From: Candidatus Saccharimonadota bacterium
GTDB lineage: Bacteria > Pseudomonadota > Gammaproteobacteria > Enterobacterales > Enterobacteriaceae
Length of the DNA: 32,000 nt
Direction: 5' to 3'
NCBI GenBank assembly: GCA_041941795.1
Contig: CP145872.1
Coordinates: 270,001 to 302,000, forward strand
A program made the translations under genes and the position numbers. The stretch's first letter is position 1; every line of letters starts with the position of its first letter. The notes under the pieces are model-generated. The model was not told the DNA's origin. It saw nothing but the letters and a program-made list of their open reading frames with translations, and made no database searches. Positions 22,471-30,411 of the stretch are shown in pieces.

Positions 22471-22493
22471 GTAAATTATAGAGAGAATAAGTC

Positions 22494-23486
22494 ATGCGTA
22501 AATATTTAATTATCTTATTAAGTTTAATAGCATTTTTCCTAAATCTTTCTGTGTTTACAGTAGAAGAAGGGCAGCGGGGAATTCTGTTACGTTTTGGCAA
22601 AGTACTTCGGGATAATAATCATTATCCGTTATTATTTTCTCCGGGATTGCATTTGAAAACTCCCTTTATTGACTCGGTTGAATATTTTGATTCTCGTCTT
22701 CAAACCATGGTTAATCAAGCAGATCGGTTTGTTACTAAGGAAAAGAAAGATTTAATAGTGGATTCTTATATTAAGTGGCGCATTAGCGATTTTAGCAGTT
22801 TTTATGCTACTACTGGGGGAGGAGATATTTTTCAGGCAGAAAATTTACTAAAACGAAAATTTAGTGATAGATTACGATCCGAGATAGGACGCTTGAATGT
22901 TAAAGATATTGTAACGGATTCGAGAGGAAAATTAACTTCTACCGTTCTTCAAGCATTAAATGACGGTACTAATCATCATCACAATTTGTACGCTGAAAAC
23001 AATCCTTTAGTTATGTCCAGATCGCTAAATTACATAGCTCCTACCGATAATATTCACCAGAATAGTGTAGCAATGTTAGGTATCGAAGTAATTGATGTAC
23101 GAATAAAGCAAATTAGCTTACCGTCGGAAGTATCTGAAGCTATTTATAACAGAATGCGAGCCGAACGAGAGTCCGATGCCCGTCATCACAGATCACAAGG
23201 TAAAGAACAGTCTGAAAAAATCCGTGCAGTATCAGATTATAATGTAACACGTACATTAGCTGAAGCAGAAAGAAAAGCACGTATTATTAGAGGTGAAGCA
23301 GATGCAATCGTAACAAAATTATATGGTACCTATTTTTCTCAAGATTTAGATTTTTATACATTTGTGAGAAGTTTACGTGCTTATGAAAAGGGATTTGCAA
23401 GTCAAAAAGATATGTTTTTATGGGGTAAACAGGATCCTTTTTTAGCATATATGCTGAATTCCTCATCTAATCTAAAAAATAAATAA
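22494..23486 (+). CDS. hflC: FtsH protease modulator HflC (SPFH/band-7)
   Basis: The ORF is 330 aa with an N-terminal TM segment. It reads FTVEEGQRGILLRFGKV and shows the RMRAERE...R...G motif pattern. Confidence 0.93.
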   Translation: MRKYLIILLSLIAFFLNLSVFTVEEGQRGILLRFGKVLRDNNHYPLLFSPGLHLKTPFIDSVEYFDSRLQTMVNQADRFVTKEKKDLIVDSYIKWRISDFSSFYATTGGGDIFQAENLLKRKFSDRLRSEIGRLNVKDIVTDSRGKLTSTVLQALNDGTNHHHNLYAENNPLVMSRSLNYIAPTDNIHQNSVAMLGIEVIDVRIKQISLPSEVSEAIYNRMRAERESDARHHRSQGKEQSEKIRAVSDYNVTRTLAEAERKARIIRGEADAIVTKLYGTYFSQDLDFYTFVRSLRAYEKGFASQKDMFLWGKQDPFLAYMLNSSSNLKNK

Positions 23487-23550
23487 TTTTTTTTAAGTTA
23501 TAATATAATTATATTCAATATTTACTTTTTCTAAATATGGAAGAGAAATT

Positions 23551-24060
23551 ATGAACAAAATATTATTGTTAATAACGAGCTTATTTTTCTCCACTTCCAT
23601 TTATGCACTCGGACAAATATCAGGTAATATTGGAGTCCATATGATTATAGGAAATGGTTGTGAAATTACTGGAGGAGAAGCTCTGAACTTTGGCAACTTA
23701 GATTTCGGAGAACATCCAAATATTAATAATGTAATAGATGCGACTACTAACTCAACGGCAGTAAATAATGTTACATTGGGTGTAAATTGTACAAAAGGAG
23801 TATCTTATCATCTAACTCTAAGTAATGGATTACAACCGGAAGGAACACAAAGAAGAATGAAAGGAGAAAAAAATGAATTTATAAAATATGATCTGTATAA
23901 AGATGCAACATATTCCTTACTATGGAATAGTAAGGAGATATTAAGTAACAAAGGCAATGGAGAAAATAGGCCCTTAATAATTTACGGTCGAGTACCCAAA
24001 CAAGTGGTTCCTAGTGCGGGAACATATCTAGATATGTTGACTATTACACTTACCTGGTAA
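23551..24060 (+). CDS. Spore-coat-U (SCPU) domain major pilin of a Csu-like archaic chaperone-usher pilus
   Basis: The ORF is 169 aa. A signal peptide is present (MNKILLLITSLFFSTSIYA). The SCPU pattern matches CsuA/B-type pilins: Cys pair (GNGCEITG ... GVNCTKG), LNFGNLDFG, IKYDLYKDA, and C-terminal AGTYLDMLTITLTW. An SD-like GGAAGAG lies 6 nt upstream. Confidence 0.85.
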   Translation: MNKILLLITSLFFSTSIYALGQISGNIGVHMIIGNGCEITGGEALNFGNLDFGEHPNINNVIDATTNSTAVNNVTLGVNCTKGVSYHLTLSNGLQPEGTQRRMKGEKNEFIKYDLYKDATYSLLWNSKEILSNKGNGENRPLIIYGRVPKQVVPSAGTYLDMLTITLTW

Positions 24061-24289
24061 ATCTATCTTTAAGAAGAACAAAAAGATTGCTTGCTAGAAA
24101 ATTTTTATTTAAGTGAAGAATCTTTCCTAGAAGATAACTATGTTAATAGTTTGATTACATAACTGTGGTCTCAAGAATCAAAAAGTACATAGTGTCAATA
24201 GAAAGTTCTGCATATGCATGAGATATAAATACTAATTTTCTAACTGGAGATAAAATAAAGAGCAGAATATAGGGAGAAAACCTAATTGT

Positions 24290-25087
24290 ATGGATTACAA
24301 AATAAGAGTAAGCGGATGGTGGATAGTTGTATCTCTAATAATAGGAACTATTCCAGTAGTACCAGCTGCATCATTAAATATTTGGCCAATTGATCCCATT
24401 ATTGAATGTAATGATAATACTACCTTATTATGGTTAGAAAATGTGGATAAAAATGATATTGTATTACAAATACGCATTTTTAGCTGGCAACAAAAACAGA
24501 ATCAATCCTTTCTAGAAAAACAAAATGATATAAGAGTTAGTCCACCAATAGTATTGATTGCCTCTGGACAAAAACAACTACTACGTTTAGTTAAGATAAT
24601 AGCTCCTTCTAAATATGAGGAAAAAGCATATCGTATAGTTATTGATGAAATTCCTCGCGTAAATAATTATCAAGACAATGGTGAAAAACAGAACATAGAA
24701 TTAAAATTCAAAATGCGTTATTCTATCCCATTATTTGTGTATGGTTCTAACATAAAATCTCCATCAGATATTTTACATCCTCTCAATAATAATTTGGTTC
24801 TTTCTACTCCCAAATTACATTATTTCATTCTTAATGAAAAAAATAAAAATTACTTACATATTCGTAATGAAGGAATCGTACATGCTAAACTTAGTGAAGT
24901 ATACTTAGAAGATAATAAAAATAAATATTTAGTCAGTGATGGATTACTAGGTTATGTCCTACCAGGCAATGAAATAATTGTTCCAATTTCTGACTCGTTA
25001 AGAGGAAGAAAAATATTATCTGCTCAGATCAATGATCGACCCGAAATTGAAACTATTCCCTTTTTTAATTTTGTTGAAAACAAATAA
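24290..25087 (+). CDS. Periplasmic pilus chaperone (PapD-like, CsuC-type)
   Basis: The ORF is 265 aa with an N-terminal signal/TM segment. It shows the pattern of sigma-class chaperones: LNIWPIDPII..., LWLENVDKNDIVLQIRIFSWQQ..., VSPPIVLIASGQKQLLRLV, YRIVIDEIP. It sits between the pilin and usher genes. Confidence 0.8.
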   Translation: MDYKIRVSGWWIVVSLIIGTIPVVPAASLNIWPIDPIIECNDNTTLLWLENVDKNDIVLQIRIFSWQQKQNQSFLEKQNDIRVSPPIVLIASGQKQLLRLVKIIAPSKYEEKAYRIVIDEIPRVNNYQDNGEKQNIELKFKMRYSIPLFVYGSNIKSPSDILHPLNNNLVLSTPKLHYFILNEKNKNYLHIRNEGIVHAKLSEVYLEDNKNKYLVSDGLLGYVLPGNEIIVPISDSLRGRKILSAQINDRPEIETIPFFNFVENK

Positions 25088-25121
25088 TTAGTCCAGATAT
25101 TATGACGCCACTAAAAGTGCA

Positions 25122-27596
25122 ATGCAACTAAGAATTGAGTGTTGGTTATTTTTACTCCTCTTTTTTATCCCTCGGGCGGAAGGTCAAATAAGGCCAAATA
25201 TTTTCGTTCCTAGCAGTACTCAGTTATATTTAGAACTAGTGATGAATGGCAATGCTACGCACCAAATATTCCCCGTAAAATATAAAAGTAGGCATTTTTA
25301 TATGTCAATAGACTCATTAAAAAAAATAGGATTTAATTTTGATAAGATAATACTCGGAAAAGTACACAATTTTTCTCACAATGAGATAGCTCTAGATTTA
25401 GTAAGTAATTTACTTACTAAATATGATCCAAAGATGCAAAGATTTTTTATGGATGTGCCTTATTCTTGGTGGCCAGAAAACAAAATTATGCCGATAAACT
25501 ATCCCAGTATAAGCAAAGACGAAGGTCAAAGTTCTTTCGGAGGAATATTAAACTATGATTGGTATTTCAATACCTTTCTGAAAAATACTAAAAGAGTTCA
25601 ATCTTCATTATGGTCAGAGATTAGATTATTTAATCGCATAGGTGTCTTCTCCCATACGGGAATATTACGAATCAACAGTTTATTAAATCCAAATATAAAA
25701 AAAACATCTTACATACGTTATGAAACTCAATGGAGTATGAATAGCGAACCATATATGTTGCACTATATAATAGGTGATTATACTACGGATGTTTTTACCG
25801 GATATTCTCCAGTGCGGATGGTTGGCATTAAAGTATCTCGACAATTCACTATCCATCCTGAGAAAATTACGTATTCCTTACCTAACATTAGTGGATACGC
25901 TACTATGCCTAGTCTCTTAGATGTATATATGAATAATGACAAAATAATCTCTAGACCAATTAGTCCCGGAAAATTTCAGTTGATAAATAATTTAGGATAT
26001 TTAAATGGTTATAATATGGCTACTATCCTAACATCCGATTTATTAGGGCGCTCTAAACGAATTCAAGTGCCTTGTTATGTAGATAGAAATATTCTTAATG
26101 TAGGTAGCACTGATTTTAGTCTATCATTAGGATCTTTACGACGACATTACGGACGAAAATCTTTTGATTATGATTCGGATATATCTTTAAGGGGATTTAT
26201 AAGATATGGATTAGCACCATGGATAACAGTTAATACAATCCTAGAAAGTACTAAAAATTTTTTTAATATAGGAGTAGGAGGGGATATAAAATGTTTCCTT
26301 TTAGGAATAGTAAATATTTCATGGAGTCTCAGTAGTACCACCAAAGAAAAAAGTACTCCAGTGTATTCTGTTCCTGCTGGAGTCACTCATAATATTAGAT
26401 CTATCTTAAAATTTAACATTAATAAATGGAATGACAGTAATTGGCAGTATACAGGACAACAGATAAACTTAGGGTATACCTACCAGAATACATTCTTAAA
26501 TTTAAATGCTCAATATAACTACCGAATGGGAAGTTATAGTGAGTTATTAAATTATGCGAGTCAGTCACCAAATTACTTGGTTAAGCATTTAACTCAAATT
26601 AATGGGACCATTAATTTGAGTAATTCTAGCAATATGAGTGTAAGTTTTCTGGAACATCGAGACCTAAACAAAAAAAGATTAAAAGAATTTAATATTTCAT
26701 ATAGTACTTCCTTAGGAAGAAATATTAATTTATGGACTTCAATAAATAAATATACGGGGGAAAAATCCGGCTATAAAGCAAACTTAATGTTAAGTATCCC
26801 TTTAAATAGTTTTGGAAATACATCCTTTGTATCTGAGGTAGATGAAGAGCATAATTCCTTCATAAGTCAATCATGGAATAGAAGTATTCCCTCTTATGAA
26901 GGGATAGGATGGAATGTTAATTTTTCTAAGAAAAATACTGATCATCCCTTTCATCAAGCTAATATTATTTGGAAAAATAAATATTTTTCTACTCAAGCAG
27001 GTTTAGATGAAGTTAATAATTCTCCAAATCTATGGTGGCAATTAAGTGGTGCCTTGGTTGCTATAGGAAAATATATGAATTTTTCCTCACCTATTAATGA
27101 TGGATTCGTACTGATATCAACTAATGGATATCCAAATATCCCTATTTTTTATGAAAACAGATTGATTGGAAAAACTAATAATAAGGGATATTTATTAGTT
27201 TCATCTGTACAATCCTGGTATCCTGGTACCATAGCTCTTGATCCTAAAAATATTTCACCTGGCATTAATATTCCTTCGACAATTAAAAAATTTATCCTTA
27301 AAGAACGGAGTGGTTATATAGTAAATTTTGATCTATCAAGTACTCAATCTGCTTTTTTTTCAGTGATTGATAAAGAAGGTCACTTTTTACCTCCCGGTAG
27401 TCTAGTGAGGATAATAGGTACTTCCAAGATGACTTGGTCAGGATTAGAAGGAGAAGTCTTCATTAAAGATATCAATAAGAACAAGCATAATCTACTTCTT
27501 ATTACTAGATCTGACAATAATAATACTTGTAAAGTAGTATTTGATAAACCATCAGAAGATGTAATATCAACTCCAGGATTACAACTATGCAAGTAA
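25122..27596 (+). CDS. Outer-membrane pilus usher (CsuD-type)
   Basis: The ORF is 824 aa with a signal peptide (MQLRIECWLFLLLFFIPRAEG). Its size, its Y/N/S/G-rich beta-barrel-like composition and its position after the chaperone are typical of fimbrial ushers. The assignment rests on context and composition, not on a motif search. Confidence 0.8.
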   Translation: MQLRIECWLFLLLFFIPRAEGQIRPNIFVPSSTQLYLELVMNGNATHQIFPVKYKSRHFYMSIDSLKKIGFNFDKIILGKVHNFSHNEIALDLVSNLLTKYDPKMQRFFMDVPYSWWPENKIMPINYPSISKDEGQSSFGGILNYDWYFNTFLKNTKRVQSSLWSEIRLFNRIGVFSHTGILRINSLLNPNIKKTSYIRYETQWSMNSEPYMLHYIIGDYTTDVFTGYSPVRMVGIKVSRQFTIHPEKITYSLPNISGYATMPSLLDVYMNNDKIISRPISPGKFQLINNLGYLNGYNMATILTSDLLGRSKRIQVPCYVDRNILNVGSTDFSLSLGSLRRHYGRKSFDYDSDISLRGFIRYGLAPWITVNTILESTKNFFNIGVGGDIKCFLLGIVNISWSLSSTTKEKSTPVYSVPAGVTHNIRSILKFNINKWNDSNWQYTGQQINLGYTYQNTFLNLNAQYNYRMGSYSELLNYASQSPNYLVKHLTQINGTINLSNSSNMSVSFLEHRDLNKKRLKEFNISYSTSLGRNINLWTSINKYTGEKSGYKANLMLSIPLNSFGNTSFVSEVDEEHNSFISQSWNRSIPSYEGIGWNVNFSKKNTDHPFHQANIIWKNKYFSTQAGLDEVNNSPNLWWQLSGALVAIGKYMNFSSPINDGFVLISTNGYPNIPIFYENRLIGKTNNKGYLLVSSVQSWYPGTIALDPKNISPGINIPSTIKKFILKERSGYIVNFDLSSTQSAFFSVIDKEGHFLPPGSLVRIIGTSKMTWSGLEGEVFIKDINKNKHNLLLITRSDNNNTCKVVFDKPSEDVISTPGLQLCK

Positions 27597-28555
27597 AGGA
27601 CCATAATAATTTCTATTATCCCCGTAATTATATAAAAATTTTTCCAATTATTATTGCTCTTTTCTATCTGCCTGTAACCAGAGGAGATTGTACTTTTTCT
27701 CATGGAGATGTAAGTTTAGGACCGACTAATTCCTTTAGTTTACTTCATGGATCTATCCAGTCGTCCGGAAAGTCAGGCATGGTTTGTTCAGGATTTAATG
27801 CTACATTTTTAACTCATAATACTATTAGAGCTCAGATTCTTTCTACTTTAAATAACATGAAGCTGAAAAATCAAGATACTTCAACAGAAGAAGATATTCC
27901 ATATCTAATATATCCAGATAAAAATTATCAGTATGCTTATAAAGTAGGACAAGAGATAGACTTCGATAAATTAAATTTACTGTCATTAATATTTTCCTCA
28001 AATAATAGTGAAATTCCTCTCTATATAAAAACTCATCCCAGTACTAACGTCGCTTCGGGCCTTTATGAAGACGTGATTCAAATGAAATGGGAATATTCTA
28101 TTTGTCGAGTAGGTACATTATTTCTATGTTTTTCTAATTGGAAAGGAAAAGGATTTACTACTGTCAAAGTACATGGTTTAGTAAATAAAGAATGTTTAAT
28201 AAATACAATAAATGATATTGATTTGGGTTCTACAACTTCACTAGATAAGGTTCCCCCATTAACTACTCATATCACGGTAAGCTGCACTAAAAAAGAACAT
28301 TTCAATGTTTGGTTTACAGATGGGAATTTTTCTCATGGAGGATGGAGACAAATGAGTGATGGACTAGATCATTATATCCAATATAATATTTATCATCCTG
28401 ACACCAATCTTATCTGGAATCAAAATACTAAATTGGGTTTTACAGGTTTAGGTAGTACTCAATTGATTACCTATCAAGTATCAGTTAATAATAAACAGAC
28501 CAATGTAACTGCTGGCAACTATTCCGATACTATTTCTATAGTAGTAGAGTATTAG
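27587..28555 (+). CDS. Two-domain SCPU tip subunit / putative adhesin (CsuE-like)
   Basis: The ORF is 322 aa. Its ATG overlaps the usher stop by 10 nt (ctATGcaagTAA). A hydrophobic leader is present (IKIFPIIIALFYLPVTRG). The C-terminal pilin-like half has SCPU signatures (IQYNIYHPDTNLIW, VTAGNYSDTISIVVEY). The N-terminal half (ASGLYEDVIQMKWEY) is more divergent. Confidence 0.65.
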   Translation: MQVKDHNNFYYPRNYIKIFPIIIALFYLPVTRGDCTFSHGDVSLGPTNSFSLLHGSIQSSGKSGMVCSGFNATFLTHNTIRAQILSTLNNMKLKNQDTSTEEDIPYLIYPDKNYQYAYKVGQEIDFDKLNLLSLIFSSNNSEIPLYIKTHPSTNVASGLYEDVIQMKWEYSICRVGTLFLCFSNWKGKGFTTVKVHGLVNKECLINTINDIDLGSTTSLDKVPPLTTHITVSCTKKEHFNVWFTDGNFSHGGWRQMSDGLDHYIQYNIYHPDTNLIWNQNTKLGFTGLGSTQLITYQVSVNNKQTNVTAGNYSDTISIVVEY

Positions 28556-28590
28556 CTTGAATCTACAATAGGATGAATACCTTTTTTAAG

Positions 28591-29597
28591 ATGTCAACAC
28601 ATTAGATACAATGAAAAGAAAATTCTTTGACTAACTCCACACGGTACCACTCTCATTCTTCAGGATAGATGCAGGATGCACGAATTTTTAAGAAAAAAAA
28701 ACTTAGGAACCAAAAAGCAGATGTTACATCATATTTTATAATGATTGCGAGCTGCCGGTAAAAGAGATCGATGCAGTCTCTTAAACGAGAAATTGAAGCA
28801 GGATATTAACCTAAAATTAATAATGATGATATTATATTTACTTCTGCTGTGATAGAGAACGAGGTTTTCACTAATATAATTTTTACACCTAATAAGGGCT
28901 TTGCACATGCCTATAGATTGAAGAGTAAATTTAAATTTTTTTAATTAAAAAAGTATGTAATAGTATAATTACTCAGATGAGCTATTTTAATCAAGACAGA
29001 ATATCTATTTCCGATAGGGTTGGTTATTTTCATACTATCTTGATGATAAATATATAGATACTAAATCTTATACGGATGTAATAAAGCGCGTACAAATTTT
29101 CTTTTCTTGTTTACTTAAAACATTCGGTCACACTATAAATTTAATCAGGACATTACCTTTTTGCTAGCTCAATCCGGATGTTTATTATCCCAAGTAAGAA
29201 CAGTAAAAATACTGAAGATCTAATTGGGATATTAATCCATGGGATTTTAATCGCTTAAAGCGACCTACAAGGTATGGAAGTTATCATTATATTTTAATCG
29301 TCCCAGAAAATGCTCGATCTAAAACAAATGTGGGAGGAAGACATGTATGTGAAGCCAGCGATATTATTTTTACGCTAGATATCTAGGACCAATATTTTTC
29401 CCGAACTTTACCTCAACTTAATAAACTTAAAGGAGGATATTATTTAGTATTTCATGATCACGGATCATACGAATCTTAAATATCATCAAATTATAATAAC
29501 CTTTTTATTCCCTGAAGTTTTATTAGATAATGGATACCTACGACCCATAACGACAAATAATAGAGTAATTATAAAGGGAGAATCATTTCTATAAATA
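28591..29597 (+). pseudogene. lysA: Diaminopimelate decarboxylase pseudogene (multiple stops, frameshifts, internal deletion of roughly 80-90 codons)
   Basis: No ORF of 60 aa or more exists here, but stop-interrupted frames are collinear with E. coli LysA. SLKREIEAGY*PKINNDDIIFTSAVIENE matches SLGEIERALAAGYNPQTHPDDIVFTADVIDQA. FLLAQSGCLLSQVRTVK matches FLVAQSGVLITQVRSVK. DFNRLKRPTRYGSYHYI matches GFNDLMRPAMYGSYHHI. VGGRHVCEASDIIFT matches VAGPLCESGDVFT. LKGGYYLVFHDHGSYES*ISSNYNNLFIP*SF matches KAGDYLVLHDTGAYGASMSSNYNSRPLLPEVLF. Examples of in-frame stops are TAA 28807 and TAG 29384. At least two frame changes occur. The end coordinate is approximate. The relic is convergent with ygdQ, matching the E. 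coli mutH-ygdQ...lysA neighbourhood. Confidence 0.8.
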
Positions 29598-29608
29598 GAG
29601 AAATGATT
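29581..29608. terminator. Hairpin (10-bp stem AATCATTTCT/AGAAATGATT, 8-nt loop) between convergent lysA relic and ygdQ; possible terminator
   Basis: Read directly. It lies 31 nt downstream of the ygdQ stop on the minus strand. A second small hairpin, GAAAC-TAA-GTTTC, sits at 29610-29622. No clean U-tract follows, so the terminator role is uncertain. Confidence 0.3.
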
Positions 29609-29638
29609 AGAAACTAAGTTTCATTTACAGTCCTGCTA

Positions 29639-30364
29639 TTATTGAACATAATTTTTTCTATATAAAAAATTTAAACCTTCTACTAATAGAGCAAAACATA
29701 AAGATGCATATAGATATCCTCTAGGAATATGTATGAAAATTCCTTCTAGCATAAGAATTATTCCTAATAAACCTATAAAGGCTAAGGTTAATATTTTGAG
29801 AAAAATATTATAGTGCAGAAATTTAGCTATTTTTCTAGAAAAAAAGAACAATATAATGGCTGAAAAAATTAAGGCAATAAACATTACTGTCTGATTGGTA
29901 GAAATACTGACTGCAGTTAGTACTGAATCCATGCTAAAAAGAATATCTAACACAATAATCTCTCCCACTACTTTGCCAAATGAAAAACATTCTTTTTTTC
30001 TAGCAAACAAGCCTGAGGTATTAAAATTTAATATAATTGTATTATGGAGTTCTTTCAAAGATTTACATAATAAAAATATTCCTCCCAGTAAAAAAATTAA
30101 TTCCCGAAATGAAAAATTATGAAAGAATATAGTAAATATTGGGTTAGTAAATTTCAACATCCAACTGGCAATACTTAATAAGATAATACGTATTACCAGT
30201 GATACTCCTAACCCAAACATTAAAGCCGGATTTTGTTGATGACTAGGAAGATGAGAGATTTGCAAAGATATTAAAAGAATATTGTCCATACCTAGGATCA
30301 CTTCTACACTCATTAAAGTGAGTAATGATATCCATGTACTTGGAACTAGTATCCATGTAAACAT
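29639..30364 (-). CDS. ygdQ: TerC-family integral membrane protein (YgdQ-like, UPF0053)
   Basis: The ORF is 241 aa and polytopic. It is collinear with E. coli YgdQ: VEVILGMDNILLISL versus LEIVLGIDNIIFLSL, LKFTNPIFTIF versus TRLTNPLFTIF, and LDILFSMDSVLTAV versus LDIIFSLDSVITAV. It lies directly downstream of mutH, as in E. coli. Confidence 0.88.
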   Translation of the reverse strand: MFTWILVPSTWISLLTLMSVEVILGMDNILLISLQISHLPSHQQNPALMFGLGVSLVIRIILLSIASWMLKFTNPIFTIFFHNFSFRELIFLLGGIFLLCKSLKELHNTIILNFNTSGLFARKKECFSFGKVVGEIIVLDILFSMDSVLTAVSISTNQTVMFIALIFSAIILFFFSRKIAKFLHYNIFLKILTLAFIGLLGIILMLEGIFIHIPRGYLYASLCFALLVEGLNFLYRKNYVQ

Positions 30365-30411
30365 ATTTATGGGAAATTTATATCTAAAAATTAGAGGAAA
30401 TTATTGGAATT

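Noticed and set aside
23487-23550. TATAAT hexamers (23499-23504, 23504-23509) and a 14-bp palindrome AATATAATTATATT upstream of the pilin gene, considered as the operon promoter or operator
   Set aside because: The sequence is pure A/T with no convincing -35 element. Such motifs are expected by chance at this base composition, so I do not call a feature.
24295-27703. Antisense ORFs within the pilus operon (24295-24477, 26168-26386, 27380-27703)
   Set aside because: They overlap the chaperone, usher and tip genes on the opposite strand. They have no signal or motif and no independent start context. I treat them as shadow ORFs.
28556-28590. Shared TTTTTTAAG on both flanks of the pilus operon (about 23488 and about 28583), considered as target-site duplication or island borders
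   Set aside because: It is a 9-nt A/T-only string, trivially expected by chance. No integrase, transposase or tRNA-adjacent attachment context is present.
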